Shown: positions 7,168 through 16,426 of the stretch, one piece after another | Numbering within the stretch: position 1 is the first letter of the stretch | How the letters are laid out: every line of letters starts with the position of its first letter | From: Candidatus Heimdallarchaeota archaeon | GTDB taxonomy: Archaea; Asgardarchaeota; Heimdallarchaeia; Heimdallarchaeales; Kariarchaeaceae | NCBI GenBank assembly: GCA_030149205.1 | Contig: JASBSB010000004.1 | Location: 150,001 to 182,000 of the forward strand | DNA: 32,000 bases | Reading direction: 5' to 3' | Program-made: the position numbers and the translations under genes | Notes under the pieces: generated by a model | The model's input: only the letters and a program-made list of their open reading frames with translations | Told to the model about the DNA's origin: nothing | The model's database searches: none

Positions 7168-8301
7168 ATGATTGAAAGTAAGCAGGTTATTAACCTAACA
7201 AAGAAGTTAATTAGTGTAGAGACAACGAATGGAAAATCCTTAGCTGGTGCTAAGATATTGAAACAATTTTTTGATGACAATGGATTAAAGTCCACAGTTA
7301 ATGAATATTCTCCAGGGGAGGGGAATATAATTGTAAAAGTTGGCCCCATTGAAAATGGAGCGTTTTTACTTTCGGGCCATATTGACACAGTTCCATTTGG
7401 TGACCTTTCTAAATGGATACACCATCCCTTGTCTGCTCACGAAGAACAGGGTTACATCTGGGGAAGGGGGTCTGTTGACATGAAGGCAGGAACTGCAGTT
7501 TTGGCAAATTTAATGGTTGAAGCTTCAAGAGTAGAGGATCAATTTAAAAAAGGATTAATTTTTGCGGGATCAGGTCAAGAAGAAGTAGGTTTACTTGGTG
7601 CTAAAGCTCTTGTGGAAGATGGAATTATGCTAAATGTTGAGCAAGTTCTAATTGCTGAACCCACTAGTTTGAACTCTATAATATATGAAAAGGGTATTTT
7701 ATGGTTAGAAGTTGAATGTTTTGGGGTTCAATCCCATGGATCAAGACCTGAACTAGGCAAAAATGCGATTGAAGGTCTGGCTCTTATCTTAGATGATTTG
7801 AAAAAGTTATTACCAACCTTAGAAAATGAGGCGGTTGGAAGAACTAGTATTAATTTTGGAATGATTTCTGGTGGTTCTGCCCCAAACGTAGTTCCTGATT
7901 ATGCTAAATTGACCTGTGATATTCGAACCACACCAGGTGTAAGTACACAGGAGATTATTCGAATATTTACAAACTATTTTGATGAAATTCAGAACGGATT
8001 TACTTACAAATTAAATGTTCTTCAAAGTGAGGAATCTCTAGAAACTAGTTCCACCGTTCTTGCAAATATAATTCTCGAAGAAACCAAAATGAGGGTTAGT
8101 AAGGCTTCTTCCATCAAGATGACTGGAACCTACTTTGGTACAGATGGAGCAATTTTCATAGATAAAAAGAATGTACCATTTGTTATTTATGGTCCGGGCT
8201 CTACCGAACTTCTTCATCAGACTAATGAGAAAGTTTCAATAGAAGAAATTTCCATAGCTTATGAATCTATATGGCAATCCATATTAAAGTATTGTACCTA
8301 A
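7168..8301 (+). CDS. M20 family metallopeptidase (ArgE/DapE-like deacylase)
   Basis: SGHIDTVP, GRGSVDMKAG, QEEVG, AEPT, dimerisation domain GVQSHGSRPELGKNAI and NVVPD, C-terminal HQTNE. Confidence 0.93.
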   Translation: MIESKQVINLTKKLISVETTNGKSLAGAKILKQFFDDNGLKSTVNEYSPGEGNIIVKVGPIENGAFLLSGHIDTVPFGDLSKWIHHPLSAHEEQGYIWGRGSVDMKAGTAVLANLMVEASRVEDQFKKGLIFAGSGQEEVGLLGAKALVEDGIMLNVEQVLIAEPTSLNSIIYEKGILWLEVECFGVQSHGSRPELGKNAIEGLALILDDLKKLLPTLENEAVGRTSINFGMISGGSAPNVVPDYAKLTCDIRTTPGVSTQEIIRIFTNYFDEIQNGFTYKLNVLQSEESLETSSTVLANIILEETKMRVSKASSIKMTGTYFGTDGAIFIDKKNVPFVIYGPGSTELLHQTNEKVSIEEISIAYESIWQSILKYCT

Positions 8302-8386
8302 AAATATGTAGTTTAAAATAAAAAAAATTTGTTCAATACGCGTAGGTAAAAATATATCTTTTTAAAATTATTTTCTTTTTAGTATT

Positions 8387-9085
8387 ATGGTTTATTCTAG
8401 TCAAAACACTGTGTATGATCAACCAGAGTTAGGGTTGTTTGAAAAGCAGGCTTTGAGCGTTGAGTTATTTATTATAGGTGTAGTTACAACACTCATCCTC
8501 TCAACAGTTCTTCTATTTATCTCATCGAATGTTCACACGATTTTAGGAATTATTTCTATTTTAACTATACCAATAAGTGTGTATTATTATTTAAATGGAA
8601 GTACAAATAAAAATTTCAGAGTAGTTTACATCCTTTTTGTTTCATCTATGACTTTTATCTTCACAATGATTTTTTCATTCACATCGTCATCTAATTTAGG
8701 ATCATTAATTTTGGGATTTCCAATACTGATTTCATCAGCAGTGATTGTTAACTTTATGATGTATAATGATAAATCCAACCTAAATCTTAAGAAATATAAA
8801 ATGAGATTGTTGTTATTTGCACTTATAATAATGGTTTTCTTCCTATATATTTCTATTATAAATCAAATTTCTATGGCAATAATAATTTGGATGGCTGTTA
8901 CGACTTTGATTTATGGAGGAACAATCTTCTACGAATATAACCAAATGGACAAGGGACAATTTGTTAGTTATAATAAAGCTGGTTGGAGAATGTACAATAG
9001 TATATATTATCTTTATGAAGGAATTATTATTTTTATAATTCAGCTAATAGTTGAGGGAGACTCAAAGTCAAGGAATAGACTCTAA
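8387..9085 (+). CDS. Divergent Bax inhibitor-1/YccA (TMBIM)-like 7-TM protein
   Basis: 7 hydrophobic segments. Its C-terminal half is collinear with the neighbour (GTIFYEYNQMDKGQFVSYNKAGWRMYNSI vs FYLLFDYGRLMRGQYSSPARMAWNLYWDI), and both start MxYSS. Confidence 0.6.
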   Translation: MVYSSQNTVYDQPELGLFEKQALSVELFIIGVVTTLILSTVLLFISSNVHTILGIISILTIPISVYYYLNGSTNKNFRVVYILFVSSMTFIFTMIFSFTSSSNLGSLILGFPILISSAVIVNFMMYNDKSNLNLKKYKMRLLLFALIIMVFFLYISIINQISMAIIIWMAVTTLIYGGTIFYEYNQMDKGQFVSYNKAGWRMYNSIYYLYEGIIIFIIQLIVEGDSKSRNRL

Positions 9086-9256
9086 AAATTTATAGTATCA
9101 ATAACTTAAAAATTATTTATTAAATGAACTTTATGATTTAAGGTGAATACCTTCAATATATTTTACTCAAACAAATCCCATCACAGAATAAATTCGTAGT
9201 AAAATAACTATTACAACAATGTTAATCATTAAATATTGAATAAAGGGAGAGAGATT

Positions 9257-9928
9257 ATGGCATATTCTAGTACTGGATATCAAGGATACGGATATGATAG
9301 CAATTACATGAAAGCCAGAGTTATGGAGCTGTTAAGTCAAGGATTGATTTTTGCTGTCATAATCTCGGCATTAATGATTTTTCTACCCTTAGGATTACAG
9401 ATTCTTTTGGCAATCCCTGCGGGTATAGCAGAGATTATTGCTATCATAGGTTATTTTTTTGCTAAAAATGAAGGTACAATTGAAAAATTATATTACACAT
9501 TTGTTGTTTCCTCAGCAGTTCTGTTAGGATTCTCATTAACCTTTTATTTATCTTCCTCTAGTGGAGCTTTCATTGTTGGAGGTGCCTTAGGTGCAACCGC
9601 TCTTATTGTTGGAGGTATTTTTACTTACGTAGAAAGAAATCAACCTGATGTTGCAAAATATGGAAGAAGATTATTCTTTTTTGGAATTGTATTTATTATA
9701 CTTAGTTTTGCTATGTTAATCTTCTTTCCTTCATATATAGGATTTCTCCTGATGTCTTTTTTTGGTGCAATCCTATTCAGCTTTTATCTCTTGTTTGATT
9801 ATGGAAGACTTATGAGAGGTCAGTATTCAAGTCCTGCTCGTATGGCTTGGAATCTTTACTGGGATATTCTACTTATATTCAAGTATATACTAGAATTCAT
9901 CTATCTCATGTCTAACAGTAATAATTAA
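9257..9928 (+). CDS. Bax inhibitor-1/YccA (TMBIM) family protein
   Basis: Signature LFSFYLLFDYGRL...MAWNLYWDILLIF with both conserved aspartates; 7 TMs. ATG 9257 (after GGGAGAGAG) is preferred over TTG 9236. Confidence 0.85.
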   Translation: MAYSSTGYQGYGYDSNYMKARVMELLSQGLIFAVIISALMIFLPLGLQILLAIPAGIAEIIAIIGYFFAKNEGTIEKLYYTFVVSSAVLLGFSLTFYLSSSSGAFIVGGALGATALIVGGIFTYVERNQPDVAKYGRRLFFFGIVFIILSFAMLIFFPSYIGFLLMSFFGAILFSFYLLFDYGRLMRGQYSSPARMAWNLYWDILLIFKYILEFIYLMSNSNN

Positions 9929-9988
9929 AGATCAATTCTTCATTGAATCAGTGGATATTTTTTATAAGCTTGAATAATTTAAAATTTC

Positions 9989-10600
9989 ATGGAATTACTG
10001 AAGAAATATCTCCCTGAGATATTGTTCATAATCTCCAGTTTAAACGATGGATCAAGTGGAAGGTACAAGCTTTCAAAACAGTTAGGAATATCCGAGTTTA
10101 CGGTTAGGAAAATCCTAGAAGAATTGAACAGAGTGGGACTTACCGCAACCTCTGGAAAATCAAGTGGTAGAGTTGGAAATTCATTAACAATTAAGGGAAA
10201 AGAACTGGCAAATAATCTAAGTAAACAATTTTTGATTTCGAAAACCCTTCCCTCAGAACTAATCGTTCTCCTCCCAGAAAATATGAGTCCATATTTATTC
10301 GTCTTTAAGAGCGATTCTAAATCACTGTTTAACTCAAATGGTGTTTACGAAAGAGATATGGTGGTAAGAAGTGGAGGTCATGGGGCAATATTGTTAACCA
10401 AATCAGATAAAGGTTGGATCTTCCCTAATTCTAATGATTCTAACATAATAATGTCCAATACAATGTTTTCTAGATTTAATTGGTTACTTGTAAGTCTTGG
10501 TAAGACACCGTCCAATGCAATAAGAGGTGGGCTTTCAGTCATTATATATTACTGTGAAGACAAATTTCTTCAAATTTTCTCTGAAATAAATAGTAATTAA
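9989..10600 (+). CDS. Winged-helix protein with DUF4443-like C-terminal domain (putative archaeal regulator)
   Basis: N-terminal HTH GRYKLSKQLGISEFTVRKILEELNRVGL with a wing, followed by GVYERDMVVRSGGHGAILL, resembling archaeal DUF4443 proteins. Confidence 0.7.
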   Translation: MELLKKYLPEILFIISSLNDGSSGRYKLSKQLGISEFTVRKILEELNRVGLTATSGKSSGRVGNSLTIKGKELANNLSKQFLISKTLPSELIVLLPENMSPYLFVFKSDSKSLFNSNGVYERDMVVRSGGHGAILLTKSDKGWIFPNSNDSNIIMSNTMFSRFNWLLVSLGKTPSNAIRGGLSVIIYYCEDKFLQIFSEINSN

Positions 10601-10703
10601 CTATACAATAGTTGTAATTTTATTCTTAAGGCTTTACTTGTAAAAATATTTGGGGATTAGACAATCAGAAAGTATTTTTAGGATCAAATCATAATAATTC
10701 GTA

Positions 10704-11153
10704 ATGACTGTAACTGATGTTTTTATTCTTGATACTTCTGGTTACCCCTATTTAGCAAGATGTTATGGTGGTATAGCCTGTAAAGCGAATCCAGATCATT
10801 CCTTATTAACGGCTTTTTTTGCGGCTCTCTCAGCCTTTGCTAATGAATTGAATCAAAATCATCTAGAAAATGTAATATTTGATGAACTTGGTCTTGTTTT
10901 CGAACAAGAAGATGATATTATTGTTGTTGTGGGAGTTGAAGAAGAAAAGAGTCTAGACTCAGAAAGACCATTAGCAAAGAAAATCAAAGCTACATTTTTG
11001 AAAAACGACCTTTTCAAAAACTTCGATAATGAAGAATCTCTTATTGTACAAATAGATGAGCTTGTCGATAAACATGCTATGGGTGATATAAAACCCTTGG
11101 TCACAAAGAGACGTCGAAATTTCTTTAATAGATTAAAATCAATCTTTTCTTAA
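10704..11153 (+). CDS. Longin/roadblock-like small protein (Asgard-type)
   Basis: VFILDTSGYPYLARCY...DHSLLTAFFAALSAFANEL...ENVIFDELGLVFEQEDDIIVVVGV follows the beta-beta-alpha-beta-beta-beta-alpha-alpha longin order. Confidence 0.7.
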   Translation: MTVTDVFILDTSGYPYLARCYGGIACKANPDHSLLTAFFAALSAFANELNQNHLENVIFDELGLVFEQEDDIIVVVGVEEEKSLDSERPLAKKIKATFLKNDLFKNFDNEESLIVQIDELVDKHAMGDIKPLVTKRRRNFFNRLKSIFS

Positions 11154-11234
11154 ATAGCTAAAATGGTATTCTAAGTTCATAAATGGGATTCTAAACTAAA
11201 TTACATTATATTTGGAATGGATTGTAAATTTGAG

Positions 11235-12173
11235 TTAGAGTTCTTTTTTATTAAGGTTTTCAATATTCGAATACCATTGTTCTTTTTGAACCTTCAATTT
11301 CCGAAGAAGCGCCTCAGATGAAACATTATCTAACTCTAACTCACCGATGACTCCCACATCTCCATGAAAATCACCACCTGCTGTTTTTAATAAGTTATGT
11401 TGAGTTATGTATTGCTTTAAAATTTCGTTTCCCTCTTTTTCGTATTGAGGGTCAAGAACATACTTTTGAGTATAATCATATACAAGCTCCACTCCATCAA
11501 GCGGAAATGATTTTAAGCTTTCAATTAACCTTTGAAACCTTTGGATTGAATTATTTCTGTAGGCTAATGGATGTGCCCATACAATAATTCCCCCAGATTT
11601 ATGAGTCAAGGAAATCCATTCTAAGAGGGTTTTCGAGATTTTGGGGATACCCAAAGGTTTTCCATCTCTTAAATATTTATCAAAAGCTTCCTCCAAGGTT
11701 TTAACATATCCCTTTTTAACCAAAAGACGACCAACATGGGGTCTACTTAAAACCAAATCTTTCTTGGTAGATTCTTTTTTTGCCTCTCCTATGATTTCTT
11801 CCATTGAGATTGCCAATCCAATCTCGTTGGCTTTCTCCACTATTTTCTCCATTCTATTTTCTCGGTTTTCTATCATTTCTAAGGTAACATCATATATTTC
11901 AGAATTTTGAATTTGTGTAACTGAATCATAAAGAGACAACATATGTAGCTTTTCAGTTCCTAGAGAGGTAGATACCTCTATTCCAGCAATTAGTTTTTTG
12001 GTATAAATCTCATTCATTGCGTTGAGTTTCCAAGCTTCAATAGTACCTTCAAAATTATCATGATCTGTGATACAAAAAACTTCAATACCTTTTTCTTCTG
12101 CTTTTGTTAATAATTTCTCAACACTCCAGGTTCCATCTGAATGGATTGAATGACAATGAATGTCAACCTTCAT
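11235..12173 (-). CDS. PHP-domain phosphoesterase (TrpH/YciV-like)
   Basis: Metal ligands DIHCHSIHSDG, ITDHDN, GIEVS, HML, RPHVG, WAHP, GGDFHG. Confidence 0.92.
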   Translation of the reverse strand: MKVDIHCHSIHSDGTWSVEKLLTKAEEKGIEVFCITDHDNFEGTIEAWKLNAMNEIYTKKLIAGIEVSTSLGTEKLHMLSLYDSVTQIQNSEIYDVTLEMIENRENRMEKIVEKANEIGLAISMEEIIGEAKKESTKKDLVLSRPHVGRLLVKKGYVKTLEEAFDKYLRDGKPLGIPKISKTLLEWISLTHKSGGIIVWAHPLAYRNNSIQRFQRLIESLKSFPLDGVELVYDYTQKYVLDPQYEKEGNEILKQYITQHNLLKTAGGDFHGDVGVIGELELDNVSSEALLRKLKVQKEQWYSNIENLNKKEL

Positions 12174-12207
12174 AAATTTTTATCTGCAATTTCCTTTATT
12201 ATAATTG

Positions 12208-14052
12208 TTATAACACCTTGTTTAACCAATTAACTACCTCAGAATATGCTTTGATTTTATTTGACCGCTTGACTACACCATGTCCTTCATCAGCAAACCT
12301 AAGCAGTTTAACAGGTAAACCTTTGGCGAAAAGATTATCATACATTTGCAAAGATTCTGAGAGGGGAACCCGCTCATCATTATCTCCCTGGATTATGAAC
12401 AAAGCACTTTTGATTTTATCAACTTTATGTATTGGAGAAATACTATGTAGTAACTCTCTGTCATTTTCCAGGGAACCGTATTCTGCTTCTCTAAGTTTTC
12501 TTCTCCAATCTGCTGTGTTTTCAAGAAATGTAACAAAGTTTGATATCCCTACAATATCAACAGCTGCCTTCCAATCCTCAGGGTATTCTGTTATAGCTGA
12601 AAGTACAGCAAATCCACCATAACTTCCCCCATAAATTATTAATTTACCTGCATCAACTGTAGAATCAGTTTGAATCAAGTGATCTCTTAAAGCTTTTATA
12701 TCTTTTATTGAATCAAGTCTCTTTTCCACATTATCAAGATCCATAAAAGTTCGACCAAACCCACTACTGCCTCTGATGTTTGGCGCAATAATATTGTATC
12801 CGTTAGCTGTAAAAAACTGTATCAGAGGACTGAAAGAGGGTCTAAACTGAGATTCCGGACCTCCATGTATCATGAATATCGTAGGTTTAACACCTATGAC
12901 CTCAGAAGAAAATTTGAAGTAACTCACTTCTAATCCATCGAAACTGTTGAATTGTTTAAGCTCTGCTTTAACAAAATTAGCATTGTTTAAACCGGGAATC
13001 GAAGAGAGTGTTACATCCCATGACTTGCCTGAATGTCTGTCAAAACATATTACTCTCATAGGTTTATCTGATGATGAAATTGAGAGAAGAATTTTACTTT
13101 CATCTTCTGAGATTGAAGCTCCACTAGTAAAAGATCTTGCATCACCAGAAATATACACTACATCACCCTCTAAATTTAGTGTTCTAAATTCAGTAATCTT
13201 ACTTCCATTAATTTGTATTTCATAAAATTTTGAAATACCACTTTGATTGGTTATCATTAAGTAAAAATCACCAGAATTACTCGGTATAACAGCACTTATC
13301 TCACCAGAGATTTTGTCATTTCCAACTAATGGAATATAGGTTCCATCCATGTTGAGGATTCCTAATCTGTTAAAATCAGAATTGTAATTTGAATATACCA
13401 ATACGGAAGAGTCATCAATAAATTTAATCGGAATCCAAACATATCGTCGATCAGAATTCAATTTTGATGTTATAGAGGATTTTAATTGTTTTTTAAGATC
13501 AAATAGAAACAATTCAACATGTGTGTTAGCTAAAAATTCAGATAATATTAGGATTGAATCAGTTGAATTCACACAACTAACAGAATATAACCCAGAATCC
13601 GGTTGATACACTAATTCTTCCTTATGTTCTAACAGGGGAATCTTTCTTCTGTATGTTGCAAAAACAGATTTGTTTACAGTATTACTTGAGTAATATACGT
13701 ATTTTTCTGTGATTTTGTTAATTCTGTATTTTGCGGTCAAGTTATCACTAATTTGATGAACTTTTCCTGTCGTATCAATCAAATGCATCTGAAAATTCTC
13801 ATTTCCACCTTTATCAGATAAGTACAAAATGGTGTCATCACTCAGATATTTTGGGTTTGTACATCTGTCTTCACTGGCTGTTAAGCGAATCGGCCAGGAG
13901 TTTTCATTCTCCTTAACCTTGGTTTTATAAATTTGAAAGACTCCAGTTGAATCATATACAAATGTAGCGTATTCCCCATTCTTTGAAAAATTTGCACCGC
14001 CTGAGGATTCTATGTTAAGATAAGGTTCAAGTGAAACATTCATAGAAATCAC
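12208..14052 (-). CDS. S9 family serine peptidase (prolyl oligopeptidase/acylaminoacyl peptidase-like)
   Basis: N-terminal beta-propeller, IHGGPESQ, PNIRGSSGFG, nucleophile GGSYGG, acid QGDNDERV, DEGHG. ATG 14043 is a likely start. Confidence 0.95.
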   Translation of the reverse strand: MISMNVSLEPYLNIESSGGANFSKNGEYATFVYDSTGVFQIYKTKVKENENSWPIRLTASEDRCTNPKYLSDDTILYLSDKGGNENFQMHLIDTTGKVHQISDNLTAKYRINKITEKYVYYSSNTVNKSVFATYRRKIPLLEHKEELVYQPDSGLYSVSCVNSTDSILILSEFLANTHVELFLFDLKKQLKSSITSKLNSDRRYVWIPIKFIDDSSVLVYSNYNSDFNRLGILNMDGTYIPLVGNDKISGEISAVIPSNSGDFYLMITNQSGISKFYEIQINGSKITEFRTLNLEGDVVYISGDARSFTSGASISEDESKILLSISSSDKPMRVICFDRHSGKSWDVTLSSIPGLNNANFVKAELKQFNSFDGLEVSYFKFSSEVIGVKPTIFMIHGGPESQFRPSFSPLIQFFTANGYNIIAPNIRGSSGFGRTFMDLDNVEKRLDSIKDIKALRDHLIQTDSTVDAGKLIIYGGSYGGFAVLSAITEYPEDWKAAVDIVGISNFVTFLENTADWRRKLREAEYGSLENDRELLHSISPIHKVDKIKSALFIIQGDNDERVPLSESLQMYDNLFAKGLPVKLLRFADEGHGVVKRSNKIKAYSEVVNWLNKVL

Positions 14053-14165
14053 TCATTCTTCTTTTTTTTAATCTATGCCTATACCTAAACGTCAATAGAT
14101 TTCTATAAGATATACGTTGGTAAATGTGAAAAAGCTTTTTAGGGGTAAAGTTTCTTTAGATAGGT

Positions 14166-15122
14166 ATGGACACGAGCAAGAGCAAGAAGGTTAGTTATCT
14201 ATGTTCTTTTTGCAACCAAACCCGTAATCTACTTATAGATGAGGATGTCCATCTTAATAGAAAAGAGCTTGAAATTAACGGATTGGCTAGTTATATTGAT
14301 GCTCATGAAAAACCTGGAACACGAACCCAACTCCACGGTGTAAAATTGCAGATTGATGCGAATTTTCACGTGCGTTCCAATGATGTTATTTCTAAAGAAG
14401 ATAAGATACAAAAAAGACCAGTAAACCTCATACCAGTACCAAAGAGGAAGATCAAGCAGTTAAATACAAGACATACCTGGAAATCATGGTATTCTTTGGA
14501 GGTGTCTTCGGAGGGTAATTCAATTGAATTTGCATTACAAAGCCCAAACTTTTCTTCTATGAGTGTTGAGGGGATAATATCAATAACCAGTCCCTTAAAT
14601 ACGGTAAAGTGTAAAATAATCCCAACAGATTTTGTGTATGAAAACCCACAATTCCTTCAATACCTTACTGAATGGTTACAAGCGTTTGTAAGGTCATTAG
14701 AGTTAGCAGGTGAGATTTTTGTGGATATAATTCCAGAAATTCTGAGATATATTGATTTGAATATTGAAACAAGAATTACAAAAACACAAGAAGAGATTTT
14801 AGGTGCATTAATTGATAAATCTAGCATATTTTTGGTGTACCCAGAAAATTTAAAATTAATAACAAACTCAAGACTCGAGTTAAATAAACCAGGTCTTCCC
14901 CAAAAAGACCTTAAACGTGTATCAGAGAAAATTATATCTACTCCAACTTTTCCCTTAGGGGATATTCAAACTTTACTCGAGGATGAAATTTTAACTTATT
15001 CTCCTTTGGAAGAGGAAATCATTATTCTTTCACTTGCGTATTTAATAGAGTTGGGAGGTATTGATTATAAATTATCATGGGTGAGACCAATTAAAACCAC
15101 CTCTTTAAATCTATCAAAATAA
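14166..15122 (+). CDS. Hypothetical protein with N-terminal CxxC...H...H putative Zn site and possible C-terminal wHTH
   Basis: YLCSFCNQ...IDAHEK...LHGVKLQIDANFHVRS at the N terminus; LGDIQTLL...EEIIILSLAYLIELGGIDY at the C terminus. Confidence 0.7.
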   Translation: MDTSKSKKVSYLCSFCNQTRNLLIDEDVHLNRKELEINGLASYIDAHEKPGTRTQLHGVKLQIDANFHVRSNDVISKEDKIQKRPVNLIPVPKRKIKQLNTRHTWKSWYSLEVSSEGNSIEFALQSPNFSSMSVEGIISITSPLNTVKCKIIPTDFVYENPQFLQYLTEWLQAFVRSLELAGEIFVDIIPEILRYIDLNIETRITKTQEEILGALIDKSSIFLVYPENLKLITNSRLELNKPGLPQKDLKRVSEKIISTPTFPLGDIQTLLEDEILTYSPLEEEIIILSLAYLIELGGIDYKLSWVRPIKTTSLNLSK

Positions 15123-15191
15123 ATTTTGCTGAAGAAATGTTGAAATACGTTATTACCGATTGATGTACTTTATATTTGTACAATAAATTTT

Positions 15192-15569
15192 GTGTCTGTG
15201 AGTATACCTACAATCACTGACCTATCCAAGGAAGGCTTGATAGAGGATGAAGAACGAGGTTTGCTATATCAATATATTGTGGGAAATGATATTTGTAAAA
15301 CTGCAAATCTAAGATTTATTACAATACCACCAAATAAACAATTTGAAAGCCATGATCATAAGCATTTACAGGTGTTCTATTTTCTTTCTGGAGAAGGAGT
15401 AATAATAGTTGATGAAAAGGAGATACAGATATCAAAATCTTTGAGGGTCGTTGTGAAACCCTTTCAAGAACATAGTATTAAGAATACAGGGGAACATAAT
15501 ATGGATATTCTTGTGTTTGATGAATTTGATGAATGCTACAAATTTAGTTCTCCGTATGTTGATTTTTAG
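15192..15569 (+). CDS. Cupin domain protein (Cupin_2-like)
   Basis: PPNKQFESHDHKHLQVFYFLSGEG...VVVKPFQEHSIKNTG: two-motif cupin with His ligands. Confidence 0.9.
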   Translation: MSVSIPTITDLSKEGLIEDEERGLLYQYIVGNDICKTANLRFITIPPNKQFESHDHKHLQVFYFLSGEGVIIVDEKEIQISKSLRVVVKPFQEHSIKNTGEHNMDILVFDEFDECYKFSSPYVDF

Positions 15570-15596
15570 AATAACAGATTTATATTAAAATTCCAT

Positions 15597-16289
15597 TTAC
15601 TTCTTTTTATGGTTCCTAATTTTAGTGTATACAATAATTGAAAGCATTGTCAGACTGATGATAAATGTCTGAAGCCCTGGTGTTGGAGACTGATTTGTGT
15701 TAAAGTTAGATATTGTACCTTTGATTGAGAAGATCTCAAAATTAAGCCAAAAACCAAAGGAGCTGGTATTTGCATAGACCAACACACCAGAATTTTTTTG
15801 ATATGTCAATTGGGTGTTTTGAAATTTATCTTCAATGTGTATTTTTACAACTGTATAGGGTTTTCCAAGGATTGATTGCGTGGTTTCTTCATAGGAGTGA
15901 ACAGTTGAATTTAAACCACTTATCAGTTGTTTGGTTACATCCCAAGTTTGGTTAGCGATAAAACCCAATTCTTTACCGATTTTCCAATACCCCAGAACCA
16001 AAGCTGAGTTAGCTTCTGCATCATCAGCTGTTTTGGTGAGATTACCTAGCTGAATTGTTACATTTGTAAAACTTTGTGAGGGATTGAATAATGTCACATT
16101 CATGAGGGTATTTTTAGTAAAAGTATATTTCACTGAATTATTTGGCTCATACCACGTGGCTGGATTAGTTTGAGAGTTTAACACCTTGTATGAGACTTCA
16201 ACAGCTGTCGCTGGAATTGCACCAGATTGAGTCAACGGTAGCCCCAATATGAAAATTAATGCAATAGAAATTATGAATCTTGAATTCAT
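15597..16289 (-). CDS. Exported surface glycoprotein with PGF-CTERM-like C-terminal sorting signal
   Basis: N-terminal signal peptide; 8 N-x-S/T sequons; ends with TPGL + TM helix + KIRNHKKK. Confidence 0.75.
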   Translation of the reverse strand: MNSRFIISIALIFILGLPLTQSGAIPATAVEVSYKVLNSQTNPATWYEPNNSVKYTFTKNTLMNVTLFNPSQSFTNVTIQLGNLTKTADDAEANSALVLGYWKIGKELGFIANQTWDVTKQLISGLNSTVHSYEETTQSILGKPYTVVKIHIEDKFQNTQLTYQKNSGVLVYANTSSFGFWLNFEIFSIKGTISNFNTNQSPTPGLQTFIISLTMLSIIVYTKIRNHKKK

Positions 16290-16426
16290 AAGTATTAAAT
16301 ATTTGACTCTTTATAGGTGTTTTCTCCTATAACTGATATTATAATTACTCATCAATTTTTTACTAATCTTTGGAAAACATATTTCTTATACCATTTAAAT
16401 TAAAAATGCATTAATTTGGTAATCTT

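Noticed and set aside
8337-8344. Perfect palindrome TACGCGTA upstream of the first BI-1 paralog
   Set aside because: Single 8-bp occurrence with no second copy in the window; not distinguishable from chance.
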